A stretch of 64,000 nucleotides of DNA from Lingula anatina. Lineage: Eukaryota > Animalia > Brachiopoda. Positions 13,487 to 27,400 of the stretch are shown here, one piece after another; the stretch's first letter is position 1, and each line of letters starts with the position of its first letter. The stretch covers positions 7,812,001-7,876,000 of the forward strand of contig CM120645.1 in assembly GCA_051362555.1 (NCBI GenBank), written 5' to 3'. Under the pieces are notes generated by a model that was given only the letters and a program-made list of their open reading frames with translations, did no database searches and had not been told where the DNA came from. A program made the translations under genes and the position numbers.

Positions 13487-16430
13487 CTCATTTATAAACA
13501 AGAAGGTGTAACAAAGTACAAATATCCCCAGGAGTCTTAATTTCTGCCGGAATTTGCTAATTCAGTGCAAGCAACTGGTAAAACACTTCCACCAGACATT
13601 TGGCCAGGTGTTAAGTGCTGAGAGGATATGAATATTTTCTAAGATATTAATATGTGGTCAGTCAGAGCACAATCTATATTTGAAGGTGTTCTCGACCAAC
13701 TGTCTGGACATATATTTTCTATATATATATATATATATATACAGTGAAGTGGACGGCAGTTTGTGCCGAGAGAAAAACAGGAAAATGTATCATTTTCTTT
13801 CCTGTTTAAATCCTGTATATATAGTTCTTCTCCCCGTCCCCATATTCCTTTGTTCTGGAAAGTTAAGCAGTCCTTATGAAATGTTATTTTTGGCATTAAA
13901 TTTTACAGAAGTTTAATTTTTTTTCTTTTCTTGAACCTTAAGCAGTTGTATATTGTGGATAGTAATAATGCATTTTGGTCCACATTATTAATTCATAATA
14001 TATGTGTCTATATATATTCATCTATTTATTCATTCATTTACTTATTTATTTATTTAATTCATTTGATAAATTAGCACAATAAACTTCACTTGGCTCCTAT
14101 TGTAAATGAGATAAGCAGCCATGTTAAGACAGGTGTTGTGATGATAAGGCGTTATTCATTATCTGACCGTGTTGCACAGTGAAAACACAATCAGTAGGAG
14201 GCTGCGATGTCAAAGTTATTGAACAGATGTTCACTCGGGGATGTGTGTGTGTGTGATGTATCCCATGGTTTGCACAAAGTGATGGTTTCCGTATCTTAAG
14301 ATAAAAATTCCAAAGGAAACAGAGAGTATGTTATGATTACATCATTAAGGAAAGTTGGGTGAATTCATTATTGTGATAGTTTGTATACAAAATGTTTTTT
14401 TTTTTTATGCACTGTAGATAAAAGTGTTTTCATTAATGTGATAAAGAGTTCAAAGCTTTAAGATAAATTATAAAGTACTTTTATGAAAAGTGCATTTTTT
14501 TTTGGGGGGGGGGGGCTGAGAAAAGGAGAGAAAGAAATGAATAACACATCTTTGAAGTATAAGGTCCTGGCTTCTTCCAGCTGGTATCTCTTCTCATCTC
14601 TACTCAGTTCACATGAAAGAATGCAAACTGTTGAATAGAATTTAAATTGGGACACTTCTAGCACCTGCCTCCATTGAAATAACATTAGATTTTCATTTGG
14701 TCATATCATGTGAACCTGGCACACTTTGAGTACTGGTGAACCGACTTTGAACCGGCTTTGATGCATTCTAAGACATTCCTATATAATTGATTGTATCATG
14801 TCATGCTTGGGTCCACTGCATTCCTTTTATCAATGAACCTCAACTCGTTGCAATCAAACATTGCTTATTCACAACTGATCTTGAACTGTTACACAAGTCT
14901 TGTGAATTGAAATATCATGATACTCTCCTTAACCTTGTGAAAATCTAATGTATGGATGGTTGTCTGATTGGTCAGTCATGCCCACTGATCGGTCAGACAC
15001 GTCCATAACAGCCAGTGGCTTCACCTTTCACGGCACTAACAATGGATGCTATTATATTTGTGTCTGCATATTTCATTTAGTGAATTGCAATGAACAGGTA
15101 ATATTTCTTGTGCCCTGCTTGGATGTTAAAATACAATAGGAAAAAAGGCAATCAAATTGACAGTGTTTTTTATTGGACATCCAATATATTTGTCTGAAGA
15201 ATTTAAAAATTTTTCAATAATCTCAAGAATTTCTTATTTTATATTTAGCATATTGCTAACATGTAACTATTTCATTAGTAAATTTAATAATGCAAGAATT
15301 TTAAACAGATACATATATAATATTATAGTAAAATTCCTTTAAAATAGCTTTTTAAGCTGTTGTAGATTTTCTGGCTTTAAATTGCTGACATGTAGGTACA
15401 TTTGTACTTATATCATTGTAGTTAATCTTGTTGAGGTATGGCTGAGATACTTTGTCATCTAAGTTAAAATGTTAAAGTTAAAAGGTGGTGGGTGTAGGCA
15501 GAGGGTTGTTAATGAAGACAAATAAATGCTCTATCACAGCATATTATTGATTATGTTCAGGATTTATTTTTAGTCAAACAATATTATAAATAAATGTTAC
15601 AATTTAGTCTTACTATCAGCACATTAACTAGGGTCATTGTAGATCAGAAAGAGCGATAATGTGTGTAAAAGATACCTCAGGCTATCCATTCATTATATTT
15701 AAAATTAATATAATGTAACATAATGTATAGTATTTCCAATACCATGACTTTCTACTCTCAGATGCTTTTCACACAGGATTATCCCACCCTTTTGAACATT
15801 AGTGCCTTTCATCATGGGGATTATCGAAACTAAACTGTGTTAAAATACGTAACAGTTTCTCACAGCTATTCAGAACTGTGTATCAATTCATGTTAAGAAT
15901 GTGATACTTCATTAAACACAAGAGGGCTCCGCTCGATACCGAGGGTATAAAAAGTAAGCCACTTCAATCAATATTATGCATAAATTTGTTGGAGCAAATT
16001 GTGTTACTGATTGATATATACACAGTGAAGAATTTGGGGGGAGAGTTGAAGGGGGTATAACGTGGGACAATGTTCCTTTTGATTCATTTATGTTGTTTTT
16101 AGTTTTAAAATAACACTTGCTGCTTTAAACTCACTTAACCATTGTTTGGTGTCCTTAAAATTTCAACAATTAGGAGCTAATCATGGGTCAAATTCTATTT
16201 ACTCAAATCCCTTGTTCATTTCTGGGACCATCCCCTAAAACTAACAGTAGGACACAATTGTTTGCTTTGCCATTCTTTGCCGTAGAAGTTATTCAGTAAA
16301 CACCCCGACTCACCCGGGATGTTTACGTAGCCGTTGTGTCATAGGTACACACAAGTAAATGACAAGCGAACACCTTCGGGAAATGCGACAAATAGTTGCA
16401 ATTTTTACTTTGATGGTGATGGAGGGCTAG

Positions 16431-16543
16431 ATGCTTGTAGAAATGTTGCGAAGACGGAGACTTCACAATGTGAAACGCATCACAGTGAAGTGTTATGTAG
16501 GGGGTCACCCTCAAGATGTGGTATTTTCAGTGCTACCAGAGGG
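16431..16543 (+). CDS. IQSEC: Candidate alternative first coding exon of the IQSEC gene (MLVEMLRRRRLHNVKRITVKCYVGGHPQDVVFSVLPE+G)
   Basis: In-frame stop at 16428, ATGs at 16431 and 16443, 37 open codons plus GG, then donor GGG|gtaagt at 16544. Phase 2 is compatible with the exon at 40359. Sequence is locally CpG-richer. Confidence 0.5.
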
Positions 16544-18269
16544 GTAAGTTTACCTGAGTCACTTCTTTTTTTAAACCTGCGTTTTTAAGAACACACATTG
16601 CTGATGTCTGGGAGCGTCAAGACAGACGCCTTGTGTGTTTGGTGTCTGAAATGGGGTTCACAGATTGGAGTCATGGTATAAAGACTCTGATTAAGAATTT
16701 GAGATTTAAATTTTAGATTTTGTATTTCATGTGTTGATAAATGGCAAAGTAGAGGACCAAACATATGCCATATATGATGAAAATTTCTATAATTGATGAA
16801 AATTTCTAAAGCATAATGTTAAAATCTGTTGAGATATTATTTACCCCATTATTACACAACTGGGACATATATAATGAGAGAGTGCAGTAAGAAAGAAGGG
16901 AATTATTATAGATGCCCTATAACAAGGTTTAAATTAGTAGTTTTATGTACCTAGTCATCATCAACTATTACCATAGCCCTGTGATTGATTAAATATATCA
17001 TTTTATTATGTGATTAAAAATCACATGATGATAGGAAAGGTACCTTGATAAAAATCACCCTGGGTTTCCAAGCTTTGAAAAATGGTAGCAGTTGAGCATA
17101 TGCTGCATATAGGAAACACGGGGACATTGAAACTCCCCTCTCTCTCTCTAAAACTCTGGGCAGATAATGATATATATATAAAAAAACAAAAACAAGAACA
17201 GAAGGACAAAAATACCTACATGATACTGGCAACACATCAAGATATTAGATGGACAACAATAATCCTGCAAACAGATAGTAATTAGTATTCATCAAGGTAA
17301 ATGGAATGATTAGGGTACCAGTGATATCAGTGGAGTTATGGCCCTGGTAGTGGCGTGGCTGCAGCAAGAATTGTTAGGAAACATTTGGACACAGCAGCAG
17401 CATTCGGTGGTGCATTCAACTGAAAGTTCTGTCAGGTCAGTACCATGTGAATATATGGTCTGTAAATCAGATTGATAGATAGCTGATCACTGTGTAGCCT
17501 TTTAGATTGGCACTAGCCATTATTTATTTCCAAGTGCCATTAGGTTGATGCAAGTTCTATCATTTTGAAAAGTGTTAGAAGATTGATAATGATCATAGGG
17601 ATTTAAAATAGACCAGGTTTAATGGCAGATATAATAATGGTCACCGTGTGGATATGGCCACAAGAAGAACTTAAAAACTTCAAAAACTTTTGCCTAGTTG
17701 GAATTTTTCGTTAGTCCTGATTAGGGACATTGCTCACTGACAGGCTAAAATGGCAGTTGATTTTGGATTGCGGATACCAAATAGTATTGTACTCAATAGG
17801 CAACATTGTAATCTTATGACTTCTATGGTAAAATTTTGTACAAAAATCTAGTCATTTCAATCTGAAATCAATACACCAATGTTTTAGATTTCTACAGAGT
17901 CACCATCAAAAATTGATTTAGCAAATGTGCTGGTCGTGTTCCATAAATCCATCACTGTGGCATATATTAGCCTGTGGCATTTTTGACCAGATCAATTTAT
18001 TGATATTTCTATCCCTAGTGTTGCCTACTCTTTTTGAAGGTGCAAACTGAAAGTGTTAAGATTATGCCGAAAAGCAATTTTCTGGCTGTTGCTCGAAAGC
18101 AGTTTGCACTTTGGTAGGATGTCTGTAACACCTAAGGAGGAGATGAAGTAATCCCGAATCAATAAAAACCGAAGTTCTTTTTGTAATTTGCATTGACCGG
18201 ATTGGGAACTGTGCTTTGTTTTACTAAATACTGTCTGGGTACATAACAGCAATTATGGATGTGTATAAG

Positions 18270-18685
18270 AGTACATGGTCACTATATTGATGCTGTCAGT
18301 ATTGCCAGCAAATTACATTGTCATAGGCATATGATCACTATATTTGATCATGGCACCGACATTACATTATTGTAAGCTTATGGCATTGCATTGTTGTTGT
18401 TGATATTGTTTGCACATTAATTTCTCATAAAGGCAAATGGTCATTATATTGATATTGTCTTTGTTATCTACTCAATACATTATTGTAGGCATATGGTTCC
18501 TATATTGATGTTGTCAGTATTGTCTCCCCATTACATTGTTGTAGGCATATGTGTGGTATTACAGTGAAACAGTTTGTGTTCATTACATTACAGTGGCCAT
18601 ATTGGTCACTGTATTGATGCTGTCTGTTGTGGGCATCTGGCATCACAATATGGCAACAGTCCATAACTCCAGTATTGTCAGTTAC
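18270..18685. repeat. Degenerate tandem repeat (~55-bp unit)
   Basis: Recurrent catatggtcactatattgatg(c/t)tgtcagtattg ... cattacattgttgtagg motifs. Confidence 0.65.
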
Positions 18686-19085
18686 CAGTTCACTAGTCCA
18701 AGGTCAATGCCCAATTTTGGACATTTCTGGTCATGTTTCTTCACTTGCTGTAGCCCTTATTTGGCCTACAGTGACTGGGATCATAATAAATCAAATCCCT
18801 TGCTACCAATTTTAGATGAAAATTGGTTAAATGAGCTTTTTTACAGAGATTCTGTAAGTATACTTCTTTTTATTCGAACGACGTAATAAAAAGCTAGTAC
18901 ATGGCACAAAGCATAAATTTTCCAGTTCATAGTCTACGAGTTACTGTTGCATTTTTCTCTTTCATGTAGTAGAAGTTCGAGAAAAGGGGTGCTATTCAAT
19001 GTCACATTCCAGAATTGAATGCAACTTGATATTGCCAATTGAAAGAATTATATTTCATCTGGTGTTCAGATCAGTTATTACTAAG

Positions 19086-19088
<3 letters not shown>

Positions 19089-19122
<34 letters not shown>
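19089..19122. repeat. (TC)n microsatellite
   Basis: Direct reading. Confidence 0.9.
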
Positions 19123-19126
<4 letters not shown>

Positions 19127-22100
19127 CCTGCAAACTATTTTCGTGTACCTGTGAAGCAATTTGTTACAAAACAAGCTGTGTTAGATAGCTTTAGGGTTAA
19201 GCTGCTGGGTGTCTCTTGGGTCTCATTATCCACATTGAGAGCAGTCCCACACGTTTTATGCGAATACTTTCATTTTTATTTCTACTGATTGGCTTAATCT
19301 AATTCAGCTTGCCATATGTTTCAGCATCTGGTGTGTGTATTTGCTTGTAACTCTAGGGGCCTGCCATTTGAACTCACTCTGGGTGTATTAAGGTAAACTA
19401 TAGGGATAAGGTGATGGAATTAAAAAAATTAAAATAAGAAGAAGAAGAAAAGAGGACATTTGCTCAAGTAGGTTCAACTTTGGGGGTAAAAAGTCCTTAT
19501 TATCAGAAAAATGCCCCTCCCCCTTTGCAGGTCTGATAGTTAACTACTGTAAGTATTAATCCGACATTAGTTCAGAGATCTTGTTCGCACCTGACAAAAC
19601 TTGAATTTTCAGTTTCATTTTCCAAAAACCATTTATTTTTCAACAAACATTTGTGGATTTTCCTAATTGAGAATAGTTGCAATTCAGTCTAATATCTGAA
19701 AGAATGGAACATATGGTCTCATTTGAATATATTTATTTGAATAGGAGTTTTTCATCCAAGCCATTTTAAAAATGCCCATTAGGCAGCTCTCCTTGGGAGT
19801 CTCTGGGAGTACTCTTGGGTCTTGCAGGGATTGCCTGCGGGTCTGATGTAGTCATTGATTTTGTCTTTGATTTCAGCGTAGATGATTAAGATTAAAGTTG
19901 TGTGGCATTAAGGACGAGGTGGACATATGGTCAGTAATGACTTAATTATCCTCTTCGGATTTAAGCGTCATCCTCAAGCGCCTTTGGGTATTCGAGGATA
20001 TATACACAAATTGCAGTTTTTCATGAGGGGCTCTATTTTGATCGAGTCTTTCAAACTTAGGTACTTTATCGCTGCTTTTATTGAAGTCTTGAACTATTGA
20101 TTGTGTCATTTGAAATTGAGATAGTGCAAAAGTATGTTTGACTCTGTCTGTCAGATGATTAGATTGTCATCCAAGCAGCTACCGTAGAATTGATGTGATT
20201 CAAATTTCATGTTATTTTTCACTGCAGACGTTTTGATGCTGCCTGTTTATTTGAAGTCATCAGGAAAAGTCAACTGGGAGTTTACTTTGAAAATGATATT
20301 CAATCTCATCTTAGTAAATGCACTAACTGGACTGTGTACCTTCAGAATTCAGTAGCAGAACACTTATGTTATACCAATATTGAATTTATGTAATGAAACA
20401 TAATTTGAATATGAAATGAAATAAATAGGTATATAGATACAAAAAAAAAAGTTATAAAAAGATGGCATATTTATATTGTTAGAAACTCTTTGTAAATGCC
20501 ACCAGATGATTGATTGTCAGGCCCAGTAATGTGATCACACCCCCAGAATTGAAATTTGATGGTTTTAACTCCTGTTACATCATCCTACAGTTATCAGGTT
20601 AATCAAGCAGATGACTTTTTTCATATAATCATTCACTTCCATTGGTTTATGTCAAAACAATTACAAAGGCTATCTTCCATGTGTTATGAAATTAGGCTGC
20701 CCTGGAGTATAGAGATGAAGGCTTGAAATTGCTGTTTCGATTTCTGTTAATCCTTGAAATATACAAAGAAAAAGAAAACGGATCGTTTTTTTTTTTTTTT
20801 TTCTGTGCCTAGTATGTATTTTACAAATGATTGGTAAGATTAAAATTATTCTTAGTTGAGTTTGAAAAAACACAGCAACCTGAAAGTGAAGGCCCTTTTT
20901 GATGTATTTGAATAAAAATTTGAGGACTTTTTCAACAGGCGGTTCCCACTAATTTAATACAAGAAGTCAAAACCTATTGCCATTGCCACGCTTGAGCAAA
21001 AGTTATCAAGTAGGCTAAAAGTGGTAGGCTCTTGAATAATTACTGTTTAGACTTAACAGTCTTCCTCACACACAGAGCCAATAGAGTTATTATGTATCAG
21101 AGAGTTAAATCTATATGTCTCCCTATTGATTTCCCTGCACGGCATTCATGACGCCAAGTTAGTCAATATATGCCAACTCAGGACTGGTTGAAAATTGCTA
21201 CATTTTTAATCTGCTGTAAGATTCGTGAAAGGGAAAACAGGGCAGTGTTTGCTCTGAATGGTTTTATACAAATTTGCACACAGATAGAGTTTTCACTGTA
21301 ATATATTCAGACAAATTATTGGGGATGCATCTACTGTACAAAATGTGAAGGAGCCCATTTTAAAGAGCCACTTTTTTATGTGTGCCTCTTAGGACTTTTT
21401 ATCAGCTGTAATAATTGTGTCTAATTGCACCTTTCCTAATGGCATTAACTTTTGCCTGCATAAAAAAGTTTTGCGTGTTAAAAAAACATGTGTTAATTGA
21501 TACAGGAATTAGCACACACTCTGAAAATCATTAACTGCATCCTTTTTATAGCCTGGTTGTGGGTGTTGACACATAAAAAGATATTGAAAACATATAAACA
21601 ATTCATAGGATACATAAAGCTTTGACGTTACTTTCATTGTGATGAAATTGGTTGTTTATTCCTGAGGGATATGAAGGACAATGAGCTTATTATTGAGAAA
21701 AATTAGAATAGGAAAAAAATGGAAGTGTAATCCTTTCACCAAGCCCCATCTCATCTCAACAGTTTTTACAGATACATGTACAAAGCTTCATCTAAAATTG
21801 CAGTGCAGACAATCAATATTTTTTACAGGGGCCTAACTTAATATATGCTCTTCAGTAGTCTTCTGGTGAGTCAGAAATCCACTTGAGTTTAACCTTACTC
21901 TGAGGTGACATTATTTGTCTTTGCTGGATTTATTTTAATGTGCACTATACTGAGTTTAACCCCTTTCTTAAGTCCGCCAGTTCTCTTGGTAAAATTTTTT
22001 GCATCTTTCTCATGAAGCAATTTACAACCATTTTATTTACATTTGGCCAGGTCATTGTAATTTGGTCAGTTATCAAAATAATTTACTATTAAACCTTGTA

Positions 22101-24353
22101 CTTCAGCATTGCCCAACAGCAAAGCAGTTGCCAAAAATAACATCCATTGTGTTTCAACAACCATCCATTTCAAATTCTCCATAACATGAGTCAGATGCAC
22201 TTTTAAAAACATTCTACCTGTAATATTTAGGTATTCAATAATCATTTGATATTAATCATTGAAATTAATCATGGAAAATAAAGTAATAAATTAAGTGTCA
22301 AAAAACAGCTATCTCACATTACTTGACTGAAAAATTCTAGTTGTTTGTACATGCATATAACAGTTTTCAGGTAAATCATTAAATATACTGTTAACTGACA
22401 GACTGTGTCTTTGAGTGTCTCCAAAGCACTGACAATGACATAAATTTTGGTTTGTGGTCAGGATTATCACTGTGATTCGATCAAACATTAGAATTTTTGT
22501 GGCTTGATGATTTTGAAAAGGGGGGCAATTGATGCATATTTGGGGTCCAAATCTCATTAATGTCCACACAAATGATGATTAGATTGGAGATGTTGAGGTG
22601 TAAAGAAGAGATGGAGGGTGTGCTAACTGTATGCTTTTAATGTTGATAACAGGCTTTACATTTCAGCAAAATGGTTGGTGGTCTGACTGACATTTATGCA
22701 TACATCAACAAATACTGAGGGTATATCAGTTAGATTTGAGATTTTGGGGTGTAAGAATGAAAACGGCATCCGCGTTTCTTCCAGTTTCATCACACCTGTA
22801 GTGATAAAATAAGGCACGGAATCCAGACCATGCTTTGAAATGCATTTTAACAAGGTTATTACGGATTAGTGTTTTAATTACGCAATCAGGTATGAAATTC
22901 TTTTGGGGGGCAGTATAATCCATTTCGGTTATTGCCACTTAAGCAGATGTTTCCTGATTAAAAGCTACAGGTAGGTCATTAGCACAATGTGTGTGGGGGC
23001 ATCGCAGTCATACTACGTCAATAGGTGCAGCTATTATGAGATATGTATGATAAATATCTATGAAAAATATATCATTTGCTTGGGCGTATTTGCAGATTGA
23101 TGTGATGCAGTATTTGATCCAGAAAGGTTTATATTTTTGATAAAAACAAAAATAACAGGTACATGCTTACAGTTAAGTTTGGTCTGTGGAACAAAAGTTT
23201 GGTTAGGGCTCTGCTAGCTTTTAAAAATATATGAGACTCATGATTATTTTGTAGGTGCCAGATTACATGCCAAAGAAAAATATTCTGTCTTCAATTCAGC
23301 TCAAAAAATCTCATGTTCTGAATTTTGATAATATATTAGGTTAAAGCTTCAAAGAATACTGAATCTATGTTTTTGTAAAATTGGGTTTAAGTGAATATTT
23401 AAAATAAAATATCCTTGGAGTTAACCTAGCAATGTTTTTCTTAGTACCACATCATGACGGCCCATTAGCTGTATGCTTGTGAAAGAGGTTACGTCCTGGA
23501 GTGCAATTTATGCATTAGATTACGTAACCCAGACAGAGGCATATTACTATGTGCAGGTAAATTGAAATGGAAGCCAGGCTGTGCGGCAGGTGTTTTAGAC
23601 TGTGTCCACATTCTCAAAAGCCAGCTGCTTGCACCCAGTGCTTTGTGCCCCAAGTTATGTGTTCTCTCATAAAGATACTGTTACATTATACTTAGAAGTC
23701 TGGCTGCAAATCGGAGACTTTTTTTCAGTAGAAATCAAAGATTTCAGCCACAGTTCTGAGAGGCAATGATGGCATGGTTGTTTAGCTTTATGTTGCATGA
23801 AATTATTGTTGATTTGAATATGATTATGCGGTTGTCTGATGTGTTGTCCCTTTCATAAAGACTTTTTGTACAGAAAGATAACATAAATAAATCCCTAACG
23901 GAAGAAACATCAACATTGCATACAGATTTTTTTTCTATTTTATGCAACAAATTCTTTTGTTTATTAAGACAGATTGGAGTATCATAGTTGTTAGCTCTTC
24001 TCAATTTTTGCATGCAAAATTATTTCAAACAAATTCAGAACTGATAACAAGGATGCCTTTGTAACATATCCAATATGCCATGCACCATTTTAGCTAAAGT
24101 AGTGGGAGTAAGTTAGGTGCAAATGTGATAATAACATAGGGGTTAGTGGGTGGATAAATGGAAGGAAGTACTAACTCATTCATAATGTTGTTTCCAACTT
24201 CTCTAAATGCCGTCTCCTGGTAATAATAGATAACCCTGCAGACAAAACAAAGGACTCAGTCATCAGACCCTAACCCTTCGTAATATGCCTTCCGTTTGCC
24301 TTGCCCAGTCAAACTCGAGCTTTCCTCAATGTCAAGTCACAAATAATCAATAC

Positions 24354-24455
24354 GTAACCATGGCAACAGCTTTTACCAGCTCTCTGTTTAATCCCCAATA
24401 TTCTCTCTGGAGTGTGGATTTTCTTGGTAACCTCTGTCTCCCTGTTTACGATTGG
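24354..24455. promoter_or_regulatory. RFX X-box (GTAACCATGGCAAC) with a nearby inverted CCAAT box
   Basis: Near-perfect palindromic X-box at 24354-24367 and ATTGG at 24451. Motif match only. Confidence 0.35.
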
Positions 24456-27400
24456 CTGAGCTTGGCTGCTACGCGTGCTGGCTGTAATGCACTTCCAAAC
24501 CGACTGGATCTCATTCTAATTAGTGGCCATGTTATTATTGATGTCTTTTGTTGGACGGATATTTACTCTGTAGGTGCGGATTTAAGCCTGGACGAGGAGA
24601 AGAGCGTGCCTCAAGTGTGCCATTCTGTTTAAATGGTGTGTAGAAGGAGCTCAAGTTTTGACAATTAATAAGGAAAGGGGGCCAGGTGAGGCCCTGGCTT
24701 TAATGAGAGAAGTGTGCTGGTAAAACATCCTCTTCTGAACTATCCAGGCTCCTGGCTCTCTGTGCGGGTCATGTGTCATGGGAATTGGGATGATGAATGA
24801 TACATGTTATGTACACACCGCATCATATTGCATACTTTGATGATAAGGCCCCGAAGGTGGATAGTTGGGCAAAGAAGGAGGAGCTGAAAGGCAGGTGATA
24901 GTGAAGCCAATGACTGACTGAGAGGAGATTCAGTGATTATCACAGAGTGTAAAGGAAACTGCGACAGATGGTGTAGAACAATGGCGAAGGGGGCCATCAC
25001 AGTTTGAAGTCTTACCCGCCTAATAGCCTGCAGCCTGGGGCAGTGAACAATGAACAAACAATGCACAGGCGCGTGGACATCATCCGTTATATAGGAACGT
25101 AGGTAGCTCTTCACTGGTTTAGTTTGATCTTAGCACCCTGTGTGTTAAAGTTGTTTTAAATGTTCTCTGTCAATTTGTTGGACTTATTCCATCTGTGGTT
25201 AATTTAGTCTTTGCCTGTAAAGAATACATTTACAGGCCAGTTGAAAAAATATTTTTATTATAATTTGGTGGAATTTTGGTTTCTACATGTAACATGCAAA
25301 ACTGAAAAGGTTTGGGACACATGCAGTAGCAGGAAAGTGGTCCACTCTGTTCAGAATTACTGTCCATGGCTTTGTGTTAAATTGCATGAAAATATTGGCC
25401 AGTGATCTACACGCGCATTCAGGATGTACATTTTACTTGCATCACAGAATCTGGCGTGTCCTAAAGTGATGCTGAGTTTCAATAACCAGGACTGGATGTC
25501 AGTGAGCGTGAACATGTGAGTATTAAAAAAAAAAATATGGGAAAATAACTGAAGGAAAAAAATACGAAAATTGAAGGATGCTGAAGTATCATTATATTCT
25601 CATGGTGCATTGTTGGCTTTGCGTTAATTTTTCTCCTGCACTTTCCCAGGAGAATATTAGAAATATTCAAATAGGCATTACATGAGTTAACTGCTATTTG
25701 ATATTCATTAAGTGAACATACCAGTGTCGCTGAAGACCACAGAGATGGAGATTTAATAAGGTCTACATGTAGAGTTATTTCATCGATTTGAAGGATTTTG
25801 ATTAAACCGATTCAAAGGCACTGGTCCAGATCTTGGCGTAATATGAGTGTTTTAGCAAGCCATTACTACTAGCAGCTAGGCAGAGTTCAGAGGAGGAAGC
25901 TAATTGAAATGCTAACTGGGGGGCAGGTAAGAGATAAGGAAGAAGGGTAATGGGGTTTTTCTCTGCACATTCCAGCCATTTAACAGTCGGCAATGGTTAA
26001 GTACAGTTTGAGCTACAATTAGAGGTGGTTCAGTATGATTAGTGTAGGTTCATTACAACTGTTTCATGAGGTGAGATGTACCAGTCATGAATACGGATTG
26101 GAAGGCATTAATTTATAATCTAGATATCACAGATTAAATGTAGAAATTTAAGCTGGTTATGCAAATTGTCTCAAAGACAGAAATTTATGAAAATACAAGA
26201 ATATGTTTTTGTTAAAGTAGTTGAATTAGGATTGCTTGCCCATGCATTGTCATTACTGCACAGGATGTTGTATGGGCTTGCATTTTAAGATCATAATTAC
26301 TAGTGGTCATGTATATGATAATGTCTAAAAAGGCCATAACTGTGGGAATACACTATATTTCTGTAAATGGTATTATTGACTTATTGGGCAAGAGAAGGAC
26401 ATAAATCTGAAACCAGTCCAAAGAATAATGGCATGATGTGGAATTGATGAACTGACGCAAAGGAACAGAGCTATAGATGAGAATAATGAGTCAGGGATGA
26501 GGGTTTTACCTAAATTGGCATAGTTTCAATTGTTGGTTTCCCTGTCCTGTACAAGAAATTGTCTGGATCAAAGTTCTGTCTGATTTCACACTATTTTCAT
26601 TCTTGTTTCTGCCAATTAAAGCTTTTTGGTGTTTGTCCACATCAGACTTTTTTTGCCAAATTAATGATAAGTTTGCAGCAAAAAAGCTCTTCTTCAATTT
26701 CTCTAACTCTAATGTGTTATCCCCAGCCATTAGTTAGTATTTAAATATATAAGGCAATGTAAATGTACCCCATAATGTGATGTTTTATATTGGGTAGCAG
26801 CAGACGACCATATTTAAGACTCGTCTGCAAGGGCTTTGAACCCAGGTTAATTGGGACTTCACAAATGGGCACCTCGTCCAGGAAACGTAAGGTAAACAAA
26901 TTCACACCTGGCAGAAATTCACACCTGTAGGCAAGTATCATGGTAACTGTGCAGGAAGTAGATTGTGGGGCAAATCCAGCATATTCAGTGCAGTATACTA
27001 TACTCCATTTATTAAAGTATATTGCATGTCTATATACTCTTCCTCTTGCACAATTTTTGCTGGAAATACTTCCATTTGCTTTTCATTCAAAAAAGGTTTC
27101 AGAAATAATAGATGTAGGTTTTGAAAATATTGGCTTTGATGTGTCTTTATGAAAAATAGATTCCTGCCAGCATATATTCAGCTGACTGTGGCTTGCCTTT
27201 TATGCATTAATTGCACTGTGTTTGTGAATGTTGCATCAGCTTGGAGGTCTTTATAGCTACACTGTCTTAACAATTTATTATACCAAATGTGCAGAACCCT
27301 TTAAAAATAACATAGAATTATATGGTTTTTAAGATTTGAAAATTGATAAAATTGCTCAAAATTATAAGGAGCTGCACATGCTTCAAATAGGGTCTTTCAC

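Noticed and set aside
16334-16588. 84-aa ORF from the track
   Set aside because: Non-ATG start and phase 0 at the 16544 donor. The overlapping frame from 16431 fits better.
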